A stretch of DNA of 64,000 nucleotides, taken from NCBI GenBank assembly GCA_041746255.1, contig JBGTHM010000125.1, positions 1-64,000 on the forward strand, read 5' to 3'. This DNA comes from Fibrobacteria bacterium. GTDB taxonomy: Bacteria > Fibrobacterota > Fibrobacteria > UBA11236. Numbering within the stretch: the first letter of the stretch is position 1; each line of letters begins with the position of its first letter. The translations under genes and the position numbers were made by a program. Below the pieces are notes generated by a model. That model saw only the letters and a list, made by a program, of their open reading frames with translations, was not told the DNA's origin and did no database searches. This document shows positions 10,101 to 18,555 of the stretch, piece by piece.

Positions 10101-10280
10101 AGCGTCGGTAGCTTATAATAAGCGTTAGCATCGATTTGACTTCCAAGCCCGCCTGACATGGATCCCGGAAAGTCCGAAACATACGCTCCACCTGGCCGCG
10201 CCTTTGTGCTTCCGTTCCACGCTTCGATAGCGCGGGACAGGGCAATATCGGCGAAAGGCAATTGCTTCCCCACAATTCAC

Positions 10281-10335
10281 TGGCAAAAAATAGGTAAATA
10301 TTGTATAGTAAGTCGACTAAAAGTCGACTTACTAT
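10281..10335 (+). promoter_or_regulatory. Putative sigma70 promoter and palindromic operator of the AbiE operon
   Basis: TGGCAA-17 bp-TATAGT (10281-10309). Perfect inverted repeat ATAGTAAGTCGACT-aaa-AGTCGACTTACTAT (10305-10335) overlaps the -10 box and the ATG. Confidence 0.7.
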
Positions 10336-10990
10336 GTCAAATATGAATATTGGAACCCTGAGAGCCCGAATTTCCCGGGAAGAGTTCGATTACGAAGCCC
10401 TGGCCTCAGCCTTGACGGATATCGCCTATCCAAGGGATGCCATAACCCGGTTATTGCGAAAGGGCGTCGTGGTCCGCGTCAAAAAGGGCCTGTACGTTTT
10501 CGGCGAAAATTACCGGCGTCGCCCCTTTTCCCGGGAGCTTTTGGCCAACATGGTCTATGGTCCATCCTACATTTCCCTTGAATTCGCCTTGCAATATTAC
10601 GGGTTGATCCCCGAACGCGTACAGGCGTTGACATCCGTAACCACGGGGCGAACCACGCGGTTCCTAACACCCGTAGGACTTTTCAGCTATAGGAAAATTT
10701 CTTTGGAAGCGTTCCGGTCCGGCTTTCGCAGGGAAGAGAGGCCGGGCGATATCGCCTTCTTAATTGCGCTTCCCGAAAAGGCGCTTGCGGATAAGCTGCA
10801 GGCGGAGCGTGGGGTTGCCATCGGCACGCAAATGGAAGTCGTAGACTATCTGACTGGGAGCCTGCGCATGGAAGAAAGTGAAATCCGCGCTATGGATCCG
10901 AATTTACTGACGGAGTTTGCCAATAGGTATGGCTCGCGACGCCTCTTGCTCTTGGCCAAATGGGTGGTGCGCCTGCGACGGCGGGAATAA
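10334..10990 (+). CDS. Type IV TA antitoxin, AbiEi family
   Basis: wHTH ending RVKKGLY, PSYISLEFALQYYGLIPE, ALPEKALAD. Confidence 0.85.
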   Translation: MSNMNIGTLRARISREEFDYEALASALTDIAYPRDAITRLLRKGVVVRVKKGLYVFGENYRRRPFSRELLANMVYGPSYISLEFALQYYGLIPERVQALTSVTTGRTTRFLTPVGLFSYRKISLEAFRSGFRREERPGDIAFLIALPEKALADKLQAERGVAIGTQMEVVDYLTGSLRMEESEIRAMDPNLLTEFANRYGSRRLLLLAKWVVRLRRRE

Positions 10991-11011
10991 GGATGACTCA
11001 GGGAGATTCGC

Positions 11012-11878
11012 ATGGAAACACCTTTAACAAAGCTACTGGAAAAATACGCGCCTAAATCAAAACAGGATTATCTGGTGGCGCTCCGGGAAATCCTGCAAGA
11101 AATTGCTCTCCTGGGCCTTTGGAGAAGCAAATTCTTCGACCATGCGGGTTTCTACGGGGGCACGGCTTTACGCATAATTCACGGTCTCGATCGGTTTTCG
11201 GAGGATCTGGACTTCAGCTTACTTCAGCCGCAGCCCGAATTCGACTTGGAAAGATTCCGGGACGGTCTTGCCAGGGAGTTGTCGGCATTTGGATTCACGG
11301 CAACCTTCGAAACGAAAACCAAAACCGCCCAATCGGCTATCCATTCCGCTTTTCTGAAAGCGGATACCCTCAGCCAATTGATTCTTCTCAACGCTGACGA
11401 GGATATACTGGCACAAATCCCTAAGGGTCAGGTGATCAAAGTCAAGTTGGAGGTAGATACTCATCCGCCTCCGGGTTTCGCCACGGAGATTCAGTATTTG
11501 CTGCGACCCTTTCCCTTTCCCGTAAGGGTTTACGTGTTAGCGGATTTGCTGGCGGGTAAAATGCATGCCGCCTTATGTCGACGCTGGAAAAACCGTGTAA
11601 AGGGACGTGACTGGTATGATCTGGTTTGGTATGCGGCTTACCATCCTGATTTGCATCTCGCGCATTTGGAACAACGCATGCGACAGTCGGGGGATTGGAA
11701 AGGGGAGGAGTCAATGGATCGCGACTCCTTTGCTGAAAGGTACCTGGAATGCGTTCAGAAAGTGGATTTTGCAATGGCCAGGAAGGACGTCGAACCTTTC
11801 GTCAATCATCCGGAAAGCCTAGCCATCTGGTCCCGTGATTTTTTCGAGAAGCTACTGGTGAAGTTCAGGTTCGTATAA
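11012..11878 (+). CDS. Type IV TA toxin, AbiEii/AbiGii nucleotidyltransferase
   Basis: FYGGTAL, RFSEDLDF, GKMHA, KGRDWYD. Confidence 0.9.
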   Translation: METPLTKLLEKYAPKSKQDYLVALREILQEIALLGLWRSKFFDHAGFYGGTALRIIHGLDRFSEDLDFSLLQPQPEFDLERFRDGLARELSAFGFTATFETKTKTAQSAIHSAFLKADTLSQLILLNADEDILAQIPKGQVIKVKLEVDTHPPPGFATEIQYLLRPFPFPVRVYVLADLLAGKMHAALCRRWKNRVKGRDWYDLVWYAAYHPDLHLAHLEQRMRQSGDWKGEESMDRDSFAERYLECVQKVDFAMARKDVEPFVNHPESLAIWSRDFFEKLLVKFRFV

Positions 11879-11976
11879 ATAACATTTCCACATCCTCTCG
11901 CAATTTGCCCCCGCATGCGCTAAGATGTATTTGGATGTGAGAGGCGGCCCCCTACCGGAGCGCAAGGAATTTCTCA

Positions 11977-14976
11977 ATGACTATTTCGCAGTCGAATTCA
12001 AGATCCAACTTGGGCGGCGATAGGATACTGAACGCCCGCATACGCGAACTGGGCCTCGAATTGTGGAAGGCCACCCAGGGCGAAGTGCCGGGAATTTTCA
12101 ACAAGGATTTCTGGCAAGGCCGCATCCTCGAATGGGCCATGAAGGATCCTGGTTTCCGCGTCGATTTATTCCGTCTCGTCGACGTCATGCCAGCCCTGAA
12201 AACCCGGCGTCAAGTCATCGACCATTTGCGCGAATACCTGCTGGTTCCCGGGCGCGAATTGCCGCTGGCTCTCAATGCCGCCTTGAAGGCCGCTTCGGCC
12301 GGGCCAACCGGATGGCTGGCCGTCGATTTGATTCGGCGCAACATTTCCAATATGGCGGAAAATTTCATCGTGGGCACCGATGCCGCCCAGGCCATTCCCG
12401 TGTTACGCTCCCTGCACCATGAGGGAATCGGTTTTACCGCCGACTTACTGGGAGAAGCCGCCCTCAGTCCCGAAGAAGCCGAAGTCTATCGTCAACGTTA
12501 CCTTCACCTCATTGATGCCTTGGCCGACGAAACCTTGCGCTGGAAAAAAGACGAAGTGTTGCAGCGCGGCGCAAATGGTCCTTTGCCCTTGGCGAATATT
12601 TCCCTCAAACTTTCCGCGCTCGATAGTCAGCTCGATCCCGTGGATGCCGCGGGCGGAGTGGCGCGGCTCAAGGAAAAACTCCTGCCGCTGTTTCATCGCG
12701 CCAAAAAGGAAGGCGTCTTCCTCAATATCGATTTGGAACAATGGCAACTCCACGGTATCACCTACGATTTTTTCGAAGAGATTCTTTCCGACCCCGACTT
12801 ACGCACTTGGCCGCATTTGGGAATCGTCGTGCAAGCCTACCTCAAGGATTCGCAACGCGATGTGGAAAGGCTGCTGAGCCTGGCCAAACATAGAGGCGCT
12901 CCCATCACCGTGCGGCTGGTCAAAGGCGCCTATTGGGATTATGAAGTGAGCCTTTCGCGGCAAACCGGCCTGCCTTGCCCGGTTTTCACCAACAAATCCG
13001 CAACGGATGCCAATTACGAAAGCCTTTCCCGACTTTTGCTGCAAAACGCCGAACATCTGCCTCCGGCTTTCGGAAGCCATAACCTCCGCTCGCTTTCGCA
13101 TGCGCTGGCACAGGCGGAAGCATTGCAAGTCCCTCCCCAAGCCTTTGAAATTCAGATGCTCTTCGGCATGGCCGAACCCGAACGGAAAGTGCTTCGGCGT
13201 CGCGGGTATCGCATGCGCGTCTACGCGCCGGTGGGGGAATTGCTTCCCGGCATGGCCTACCTGGTGCGCCGTCTGCTGGAGAATACCTCCAACTCGGGAT
13301 TCCTGCGTCTCAGCTATCGCGAAGGCGAGAACATGGAGAAACTTCTGGATGCGCCCCGACCTCAAGCCGCTCCCCTGGCCCACAGGGAGCCCGGACGGGT
13401 ATCGGCGACGGCACCTTATGAGAACTGTCCCTTCAGCGATTTTACCGACCAACGGGTGCGTCAAGCCTTTGCCGCCGAAATAGAACGCACGGGAAAACAA
13501 ATTCCGTTCACCGTGCCCGTGGTGGTTTCCGGTCACGCTGATATTACCCACGATTTCATGGATATCGCCGCCCCTCACGATCCCCGCATCATCGTATCGC
13601 GCATGCACAAGGCGGACGCGGAAACCGTGAACCGGGCCGTCGAAATCGCCTACAAGGCCTATCCTGCCTGGAGAGATACGTCGCTTACGGAGCGCGCCGC
13701 CCTGTTGGAACGCTTGGCGGAAATTCTCACCACCCGTCGGGTGGAATTCGCGGCCCTGCAAACCTGGGAAGCAGCCAAGCCCCGGCGCGAAGCCGACGGG
13801 GACGTAGCCGAAGCCATCGACTTCTGCTGCTATTATGCGCGTCAAGCCCTGACCGAACTGGGTCCGCAAAAACAAACCCATATCACGGGCGAAGAAAACA
13901 CTTTCCTCTATCAAGGCAGGGGACCCACCGCCGTTATCGCTCCCTGGAATTTCCCCCTTGCCATTTTAACCGGCATGACCACCGCCGCCCTGGTGGCGGG
14001 AAACCCCGTGCTGCTCAAACCCGCCGAACAGTCCTCCGCCATGGCGTGGTTCCTGTTCCAATGCCTGCTGGATGCCGGTGCGTCGCCTGATGTGGTCCAC
14101 TTTCTGCCGGGCCTGGGCGAAGAAGTGGGAGCCCGACTCGTTGAGCATCCCCTTATCGCGCAAATCGCCTTTACCGGCAGCATGGCCGTGGGGCTTAAAA
14201 TACTGGAGGCCGCTGCGCGCGTTCGGCCCGGCCAGCCGCAGCTCAAACGGGTGGTTTGCGAAATGGGCGGCAAGAATGCCATCATCATCGACGACGACGC
14301 CGATCTCGATGAGGCAGTAACCGGCGTGGTACATAGCGCATTCGGCTATGCGGGCCAAAAATGCTCCGCCTGCTCCCGGGTCCTGACCGTAGGGGCCATC
14401 CACGAAGATTTCATCCGGCGATTGGTACGGAGAACCGCCGCGTTACGTCTCGCCCCCGCTATCGATCCCGCTTGCGACGTACCTCCCGTCATCGACGCCG
14501 AATCCTTTGCCAGACTTAAAGCCGTCAAAACCAATCCTGGAGCCAAAACCCTATATTCAGGAGCTGATCCACAGGGAGGCCATTTCCTGGCCCCCGCCAT
14601 CTACGAAGTCACAGACGCCCGTCACCCCTTGATGCAAGACGAACTGTTCGGGCCCATTCTCGCCGTCATGCCGGTTTCCACCTTTGAAGAGGCGCTGCAA
14701 GTCGCCTCCTCAGTGCCTTACGCCCTTACAGGCGCCGTCTATTCCCGCAGTCCGATCCATCTCGACGCGGCTCGCGAAAAATTCCAGGTCGGCAACCTCT
14801 ACCTCAACCGCCCCTCCACCGGCGCCTTGGTGGGACGTCAGCCCTTCGGTGGATTTAACATGAGCGGTCTGGGCGCCAAAGCCGGTGGTCCGGGTTATCT
14901 GCTGCAATTCGCGGATCCGCGCGCCATCACGGAAAACACCATGCGGCGAGGATTTTCACCCGAGGTATCGACATGA
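11977..14976 (+). CDS. putA: Bifunctional proline dehydrogenase / glutamate semialdehyde dehydrogenase (short PutA, no RHH domain)
   Basis: RLVKGAYWD, YLVRRLLEN, PWNFP, FTGS, EMGGKN, GQKCSAC, ELFGP, QPFGG. Confidence 0.95.
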   Translation: MTISQSNSRSNLGGDRILNARIRELGLELWKATQGEVPGIFNKDFWQGRILEWAMKDPGFRVDLFRLVDVMPALKTRRQVIDHLREYLLVPGRELPLALNAALKAASAGPTGWLAVDLIRRNISNMAENFIVGTDAAQAIPVLRSLHHEGIGFTADLLGEAALSPEEAEVYRQRYLHLIDALADETLRWKKDEVLQRGANGPLPLANISLKLSALDSQLDPVDAAGGVARLKEKLLPLFHRAKKEGVFLNIDLEQWQLHGITYDFFEEILSDPDLRTWPHLGIVVQAYLKDSQRDVERLLSLAKHRGAPITVRLVKGAYWDYEVSLSRQTGLPCPVFTNKSATDANYESLSRLLLQNAEHLPPAFGSHNLRSLSHALAQAEALQVPPQAFEIQMLFGMAEPERKVLRRRGYRMRVYAPVGELLPGMAYLVRRLLENTSNSGFLRLSYREGENMEKLLDAPRPQAAPLAHREPGRVSATAPYENCPFSDFTDQRVRQAFAAEIERTGKQIPFTVPVVVSGHADITHDFMDIAAPHDPRIIVSRMHKADAETVNRAVEIAYKAYPAWRDTSLTERAALLERLAEILTTRRVEFAALQTWEAAKPRREADGDVAEAIDFCCYYARQALTELGPQKQTHITGEENTFLYQGRGPTAVIAPWNFPLAILTGMTTAALVAGNPVLLKPAEQSSAMAWFLFQCLLDAGASPDVVHFLPGLGEEVGARLVEHPLIAQIAFTGSMAVGLKILEAAARVRPGQPQLKRVVCEMGGKNAIIIDDDADLDEAVTGVVHSAFGYAGQKCSACSRVLTVGAIHEDFIRRLVRRTAALRLAPAIDPACDVPPVIDAESFARLKAVKTNPGAKTLYSGADPQGGHFLAPAIYEVTDARHPLMQDELFGPILAVMPVSTFEEALQVASSVPYALTGAVYSRSPIHLDAAREKFQVGNLYLNRPSTGALVGRQPFGGFNMSGLGAKAGGPGYLLQFADPRAITENTMRRGFSPEVST

Positions 14977-14991
14977 ACGGGAGGATTAATA

Positions 14992-15036
14992 ATGCTCATA
15001 GGAGTGCCCAAGGAGATAAAACGGCATGAATACCGG
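14992..15036 (+). pseudogene. ald: 15-codon N-terminal stub of alanine dehydrogenase
   Basis: MLIGVPKEIKRHEYR with its own GGGAGG RBS; matches the Ald start MxIGVPKEIKxxExRV, then similarity stops. Confidence 0.7.
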
Positions 15037-15051
15037 TTATGGAGGTTGGGA

Positions 15052-16737
15052 ATGTTTTCATCGAGCAAGTTTGCCTTTTTTGCCACCCTTATTTTCAGCC
15101 AGATGGTGCTGGCGGAAGTCACCCTGGTCAGCTACTTCGGCGGAACGGGCAATGATGAAGTATTGAGCGCGGTTTTCGCCGAGGATGGGTCGATAATTCT
15201 GGGTGGGACTTCGACGTCTCCTACCCTGGCCGGAATCGCGGGTACCCAGCTTGCCCCGGGAGACGGGTTCGTGGCCAAACTCGACAAGACCGGCTCTACC
15301 CTTCTGTGGCTGGTGCGGCTCGACCCGGTCAAGCAGGTACAAGCGGGGCCAGGTGGTCAGGTATATGCTCTAACGACGAGGGCGCTCTCGGTGGTTGGCG
15401 CGGATGGATCGGCCCTGGCCCGCACCGGTATCGACCTGGGAGCCGAGACCGTAGCCATGGATGTTACCCTCGACGGCAGAGCCGCGGTGTTGACCAAGAC
15501 CAAAGCCTTCTTTTTCGAGCCGAACGGGTCCGAACGCTGGAATGTTACGGTGGGAAGATCCCATCTGCTTGCCATCGCTCTTGATCCTATGAGTTCCGAA
15601 GTTTCGGTGGGGGGGGATCAAAACACCAACACCGGCTTTGAGCCCTATCGTTCCCCCTTTCTGTACCGATACTTGGGCGCCACCGGGGAACGAACCGCCA
15701 TCCTGTGGAATTACCCCGGTTCCGCCGTCCGCGCCGATGGTAAAAACCTCCAGGCCGATTCCTTCATCTCCTTTCTGAAATATTCTTCCTCGGGACGTCT
15801 ATGGATGGGTGCCGGTTCCGATGGCGGCAATACCATTCTTACCAAAAAAGCGGACGACCTGGACGCGAATCAGCCCGCGCTGGCCGGAACGTGCTTTGCC
15901 GGTCCGTGCTTCGGTTATAAAGGGGCGAAAAAAACGGGAATGTTCGCCCTCATGAACACCGAACGTACCGACATGGAGCGGGCCAGTTGGGTAATACCCT
16001 ATTTAGGACTTAATCCGGCAGGCCGTATCGACCCGCCCTGCGGATGCAAGGGGGGTAATTTCCAGGGTACGGGCGTCAATCCCGGAAGTTTCTCGGTGTC
16101 GGCGTTGATTCCCTTCGAGGCGGGAGTCATTGTTTTGGGCAATCCTTGGGGAAAGGCCTCCACCACACCGAATGGTTGGTTCTACAACACTGTATATGGA
16201 GGAGGAGGAATCGGGTGGATGGGCGTATTCACCCAAGATCTGACTCAAATCACGAAAGCTTCGATGATTCCCGGTACCCGCTCGGCGCACGGCGATTATC
16301 ATCAGGGACGGATTCTGGTGGCGGGCAAAGCGGCGGATTTTTCGGCGGCAAACCTTGACCCGGCGGAAGCCAAATGGGATGTATCGCTTCCGGCCTCGGC
16401 TACCGCGTTGCAGAAAAATTTCGGGGGTGGCACTTCGGACGGCTACTTTGTGCTGGCCTGCCCCGGAAATTGCGGCGATATTCTCAGCACGCGTAAATTG
16501 CGAAATGACGATGAGTGGCGCATGGCGCCGGTGGTCAGCGCCCAAGGTCTGCGGCTTGGTTGGGTTCCTGCGGGAGGAACCTATACGCTGACTTCTTTAA
16601 CCGGGGCGGTTATCGCCGGCGGCCGGGTTCCTTCTGATGGCCTGCTGACATTTCCCACCCAGGCGCTGGGAATCCAAATCCTGAAAGTTACCGCCGCGGG
16701 CGAGAGCCGGATATGGAGGGTGGCCGGGCTGCCATAG
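15052..16737 (+). CDS. Secreted beta-propeller (SBBP-like) protein with C-terminal T9SS-like domain
   Basis: GGAGGT RBS, signal peptide MFSSSKF…VLA, SYFGGTGNDE and QKNFGGGTSDGY motifs, tail YTLTSLTG…GIQILKV. Confidence 0.6.
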   Translation: MFSSSKFAFFATLIFSQMVLAEVTLVSYFGGTGNDEVLSAVFAEDGSIILGGTSTSPTLAGIAGTQLAPGDGFVAKLDKTGSTLLWLVRLDPVKQVQAGPGGQVYALTTRALSVVGADGSALARTGIDLGAETVAMDVTLDGRAAVLTKTKAFFFEPNGSERWNVTVGRSHLLAIALDPMSSEVSVGGDQNTNTGFEPYRSPFLYRYLGATGERTAILWNYPGSAVRADGKNLQADSFISFLKYSSSGRLWMGAGSDGGNTILTKKADDLDANQPALAGTCFAGPCFGYKGAKKTGMFALMNTERTDMERASWVIPYLGLNPAGRIDPPCGCKGGNFQGTGVNPGSFSVSALIPFEAGVIVLGNPWGKASTTPNGWFYNTVYGGGGIGWMGVFTQDLTQITKASMIPGTRSAHGDYHQGRILVAGKAADFSAANLDPAEAKWDVSLPASATALQKNFGGGTSDGYFVLACPGNCGDILSTRKLRNDDEWRMAPVVSAQGLRLGWVPAGGTYTLTSLTGAVIAGGRVPSDGLLTFPTQALGIQILKVTAAGESRIWRVAGLP

Positions 16738-16919
16738 CGCATTCGGATATGTCGGGCAAAAATGTTCGGCCTGCTATTGTTCGGTCCCGTATTGGCGGAT
16801 TCAACATGAGCGGCCTGGGTACCAAGGCCGGCGGACCGGGATACCTATTGCAATTCACCGAGCCACGGGTCATTACCGAAAACACCATGCGGCGGGGCTT
16901 TTCTCCCGAAATTTCCTGA
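16733..16919 (+). pseudogene. Three-fragment relic of a second putA copy
   Basis: Encodes HSAFGYVGQKCSAC, LFGPVL and GGFNMSG…GFSPEIS*, collinear with putA 14332-14973. Confidence 0.85.
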
Positions 16920-17031
16920 TCCCCTATTTTTTCTTGCGGAATGCCTGTCCGCGTGATATTCTTTATCTGCGTTGAGTTGATCACAATTCCCAATCGCTTT
17001 TACCTCCATTCCCGCGCCTGAAGGAGTGTCC

Positions 17032-17568
17032 ATGAAAATTCGCAGCCTTTTCCTGATATTGGCGCTCACCTTGAGCGGTTGTCTCGACCCGGCCGAGGAT
17101 GAGCAGACGAATGTGATCGATAACCGCTATTTCAACCACACCCTCGGACTCTCCCTTCAATTTCCCCGTAATTGGCGGGTGGAGATGAATGTTCCCCATT
17201 TTGAAGATACGGTGGCTGTAAGAGCGGATGGTCCCCAAGGCGAAGAATTCCCCCCGTTGGCCGCGTTGCAGTATTTCGAATTCGACGGGCCCGAAGATCC
17301 CCGCAGTCTCATGGGCTATTACAAAGCATATTTGTCGGAGTATATCAAGGATATGCAGGGCTACCAGGAATCGGTGTTTACCCAAAACGGTTTGGAGCTG
17401 GGAAGGGTTCAATACTCCAGCTCAGTGCATGGCACAGTAAGGACATACCAGGAGATTTTCTTCGTCCGTCGGGGATATCTGGTTTCGGTTTTCATGGCCG
17501 ATAAAGCCAACCGCTTCGACGGCAAGGGCGAGATGACCTCCATTCGGGAATCGATTTCCATGTATTGA
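17032..17568 (+). CDS. Hypothetical lipoprotein (possible PsbP/DcrB-like fold)
   Basis: Lipobox LSGC after MKIRSLFLILALT; LSLQFPRNW motif. Confidence 0.65.
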   Translation: MKIRSLFLILALTLSGCLDPAEDEQTNVIDNRYFNHTLGLSLQFPRNWRVEMNVPHFEDTVAVRADGPQGEEFPPLAALQYFEFDGPEDPRSLMGYYKAYLSEYIKDMQGYQESVFTQNGLELGRVQYSSSVHGTVRTYQEIFFVRRGYLVSVFMADKANRFDGKGEMTSIRESISMY

Positions 17569-17602
17569 ATGCGTACTTGGAAAACTATATTCCCGTCGAG
17601 CC

Positions 17603-18511
17603 ATGCCCGACGATTCCCTGAAACGTAATAACGCTTCCAAGACCTATACGGCCTTCGGCGGAATTATCGCCATCGGAGGCGCCAATTTCATCGCCGTCAG
17701 CTTCAGCAATTTGGAGTTGCCTCCGCTGTTCGGTGCGGCCCTGCGCTTCGGGATGGCGGCTTTCATTTTCCTGCTGATAGCTTTGCTATTAAAGGTGCCT
17801 ATGGCTCGCGGCCGATCGGCGGTGGGAGCGGCGGTTTATGGGCTGCTGGGATTCGGATGCACCTACGCCCTGCTCTACTATGCGCTGGTGGCGCTGCCTG
17901 CCGGTACCGTAGCGGTAATCGTCGCGGCCACGCCGCTTTGTACGCTTGTGATCGCCATTCTTATCGGCCAGGAAAAACTATCGAAGCGCGGAGTCGTCGG
18001 TGGATTCCTTGCCATCACGGGAATCGCGGTACTATCCCGGGGCGCTATCGCGAATGATTTTGGATTGGGATATTTCGTCGCGGCGGTACTGGGCACTTTG
18101 GCCGCGGCGGCATCCAGCGTAGTCGCCAAAAGCTTTCCCGACGTACACCCCATCAATATGAATGCCATCGGCATGACAGCCGGAACGATTTTTCTGGCGG
18201 CTGGCTCCTGGGTTTTAAATGAGAGCTGGGCGCTTCCTCGTGAGGGCCGAACCTTAATGGCGGTGGGATGGTTGGTTTTAGTGGGATCGGTGGGTCTTTT
18301 TCAGCTCTTTCTCTATGTGCTGAAGAGTTGGACCGCCTCGGCCACCGTTTACGCCATCGCCGCCATGCCGGTTGTCGCAGTCGGATTGGGCGCTGTTTTG
18401 CTCGCTCAGCCGATTACCCTCGAAGTTGTGGTGGGCGGGGCTTTGGTGATGATTGCGGTTTACGTGGGTGCAATTTCACAAGACGTGAAGAGCAAATCCA
18501 AGAATCCATAA
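17603..18511 (+). CDS. DMT/EamA family transporter
   Basis: About 10 TM helices; LPPLFGAALRF, GQEKL, MPVVAVGLG. Confidence 0.9.
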   Translation: MPDDSLKRNNASKTYTAFGGIIAIGGANFIAVSFSNLELPPLFGAALRFGMAAFIFLLIALLLKVPMARGRSAVGAAVYGLLGFGCTYALLYYALVALPAGTVAVIVAATPLCTLVIAILIGQEKLSKRGVVGGFLAITGIAVLSRGAIANDFGLGYFVAAVLGTLAAAASSVVAKSFPDVHPINMNAIGMTAGTIFLAAGSWVLNESWALPREGRTLMAVGWLVLVGSVGLFQLFLYVLKSWTASATVYAIAAMPVVAVGLGAVLLAQPITLEVVVGGALVMIAVYVGAISQDVKSKSKNP

Positions 18512-18555
18512 AATTGATGTCCCGTGTGATAAAATCGGTGGTATATTCTTGTACT

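Noticed and set aside
6126..10300. Integron cassette array
   Set aside because: A few GTTAG/GTTAT words occur between co-oriented genes, but there are no paired RYYYAAC…GTTRRRY attC structures and no integrase.
16713..16919. 68-aa ORF as a real small protein
   Set aside because: A chimeric frame across the putA relic; only its last 41 codons are in the putA frame.
14848..16919. attL/attR direct repeats of an integrative element
   Set aside because: The copies are heavily diverged at synonymous sites, the second is internally deleted, and no integrase is present.
18268..18555. N-terminal extension of the sulfatase ORF
   Set aside because: Overlaps the EamA gene; the signal peptide starts at ATG 18556.
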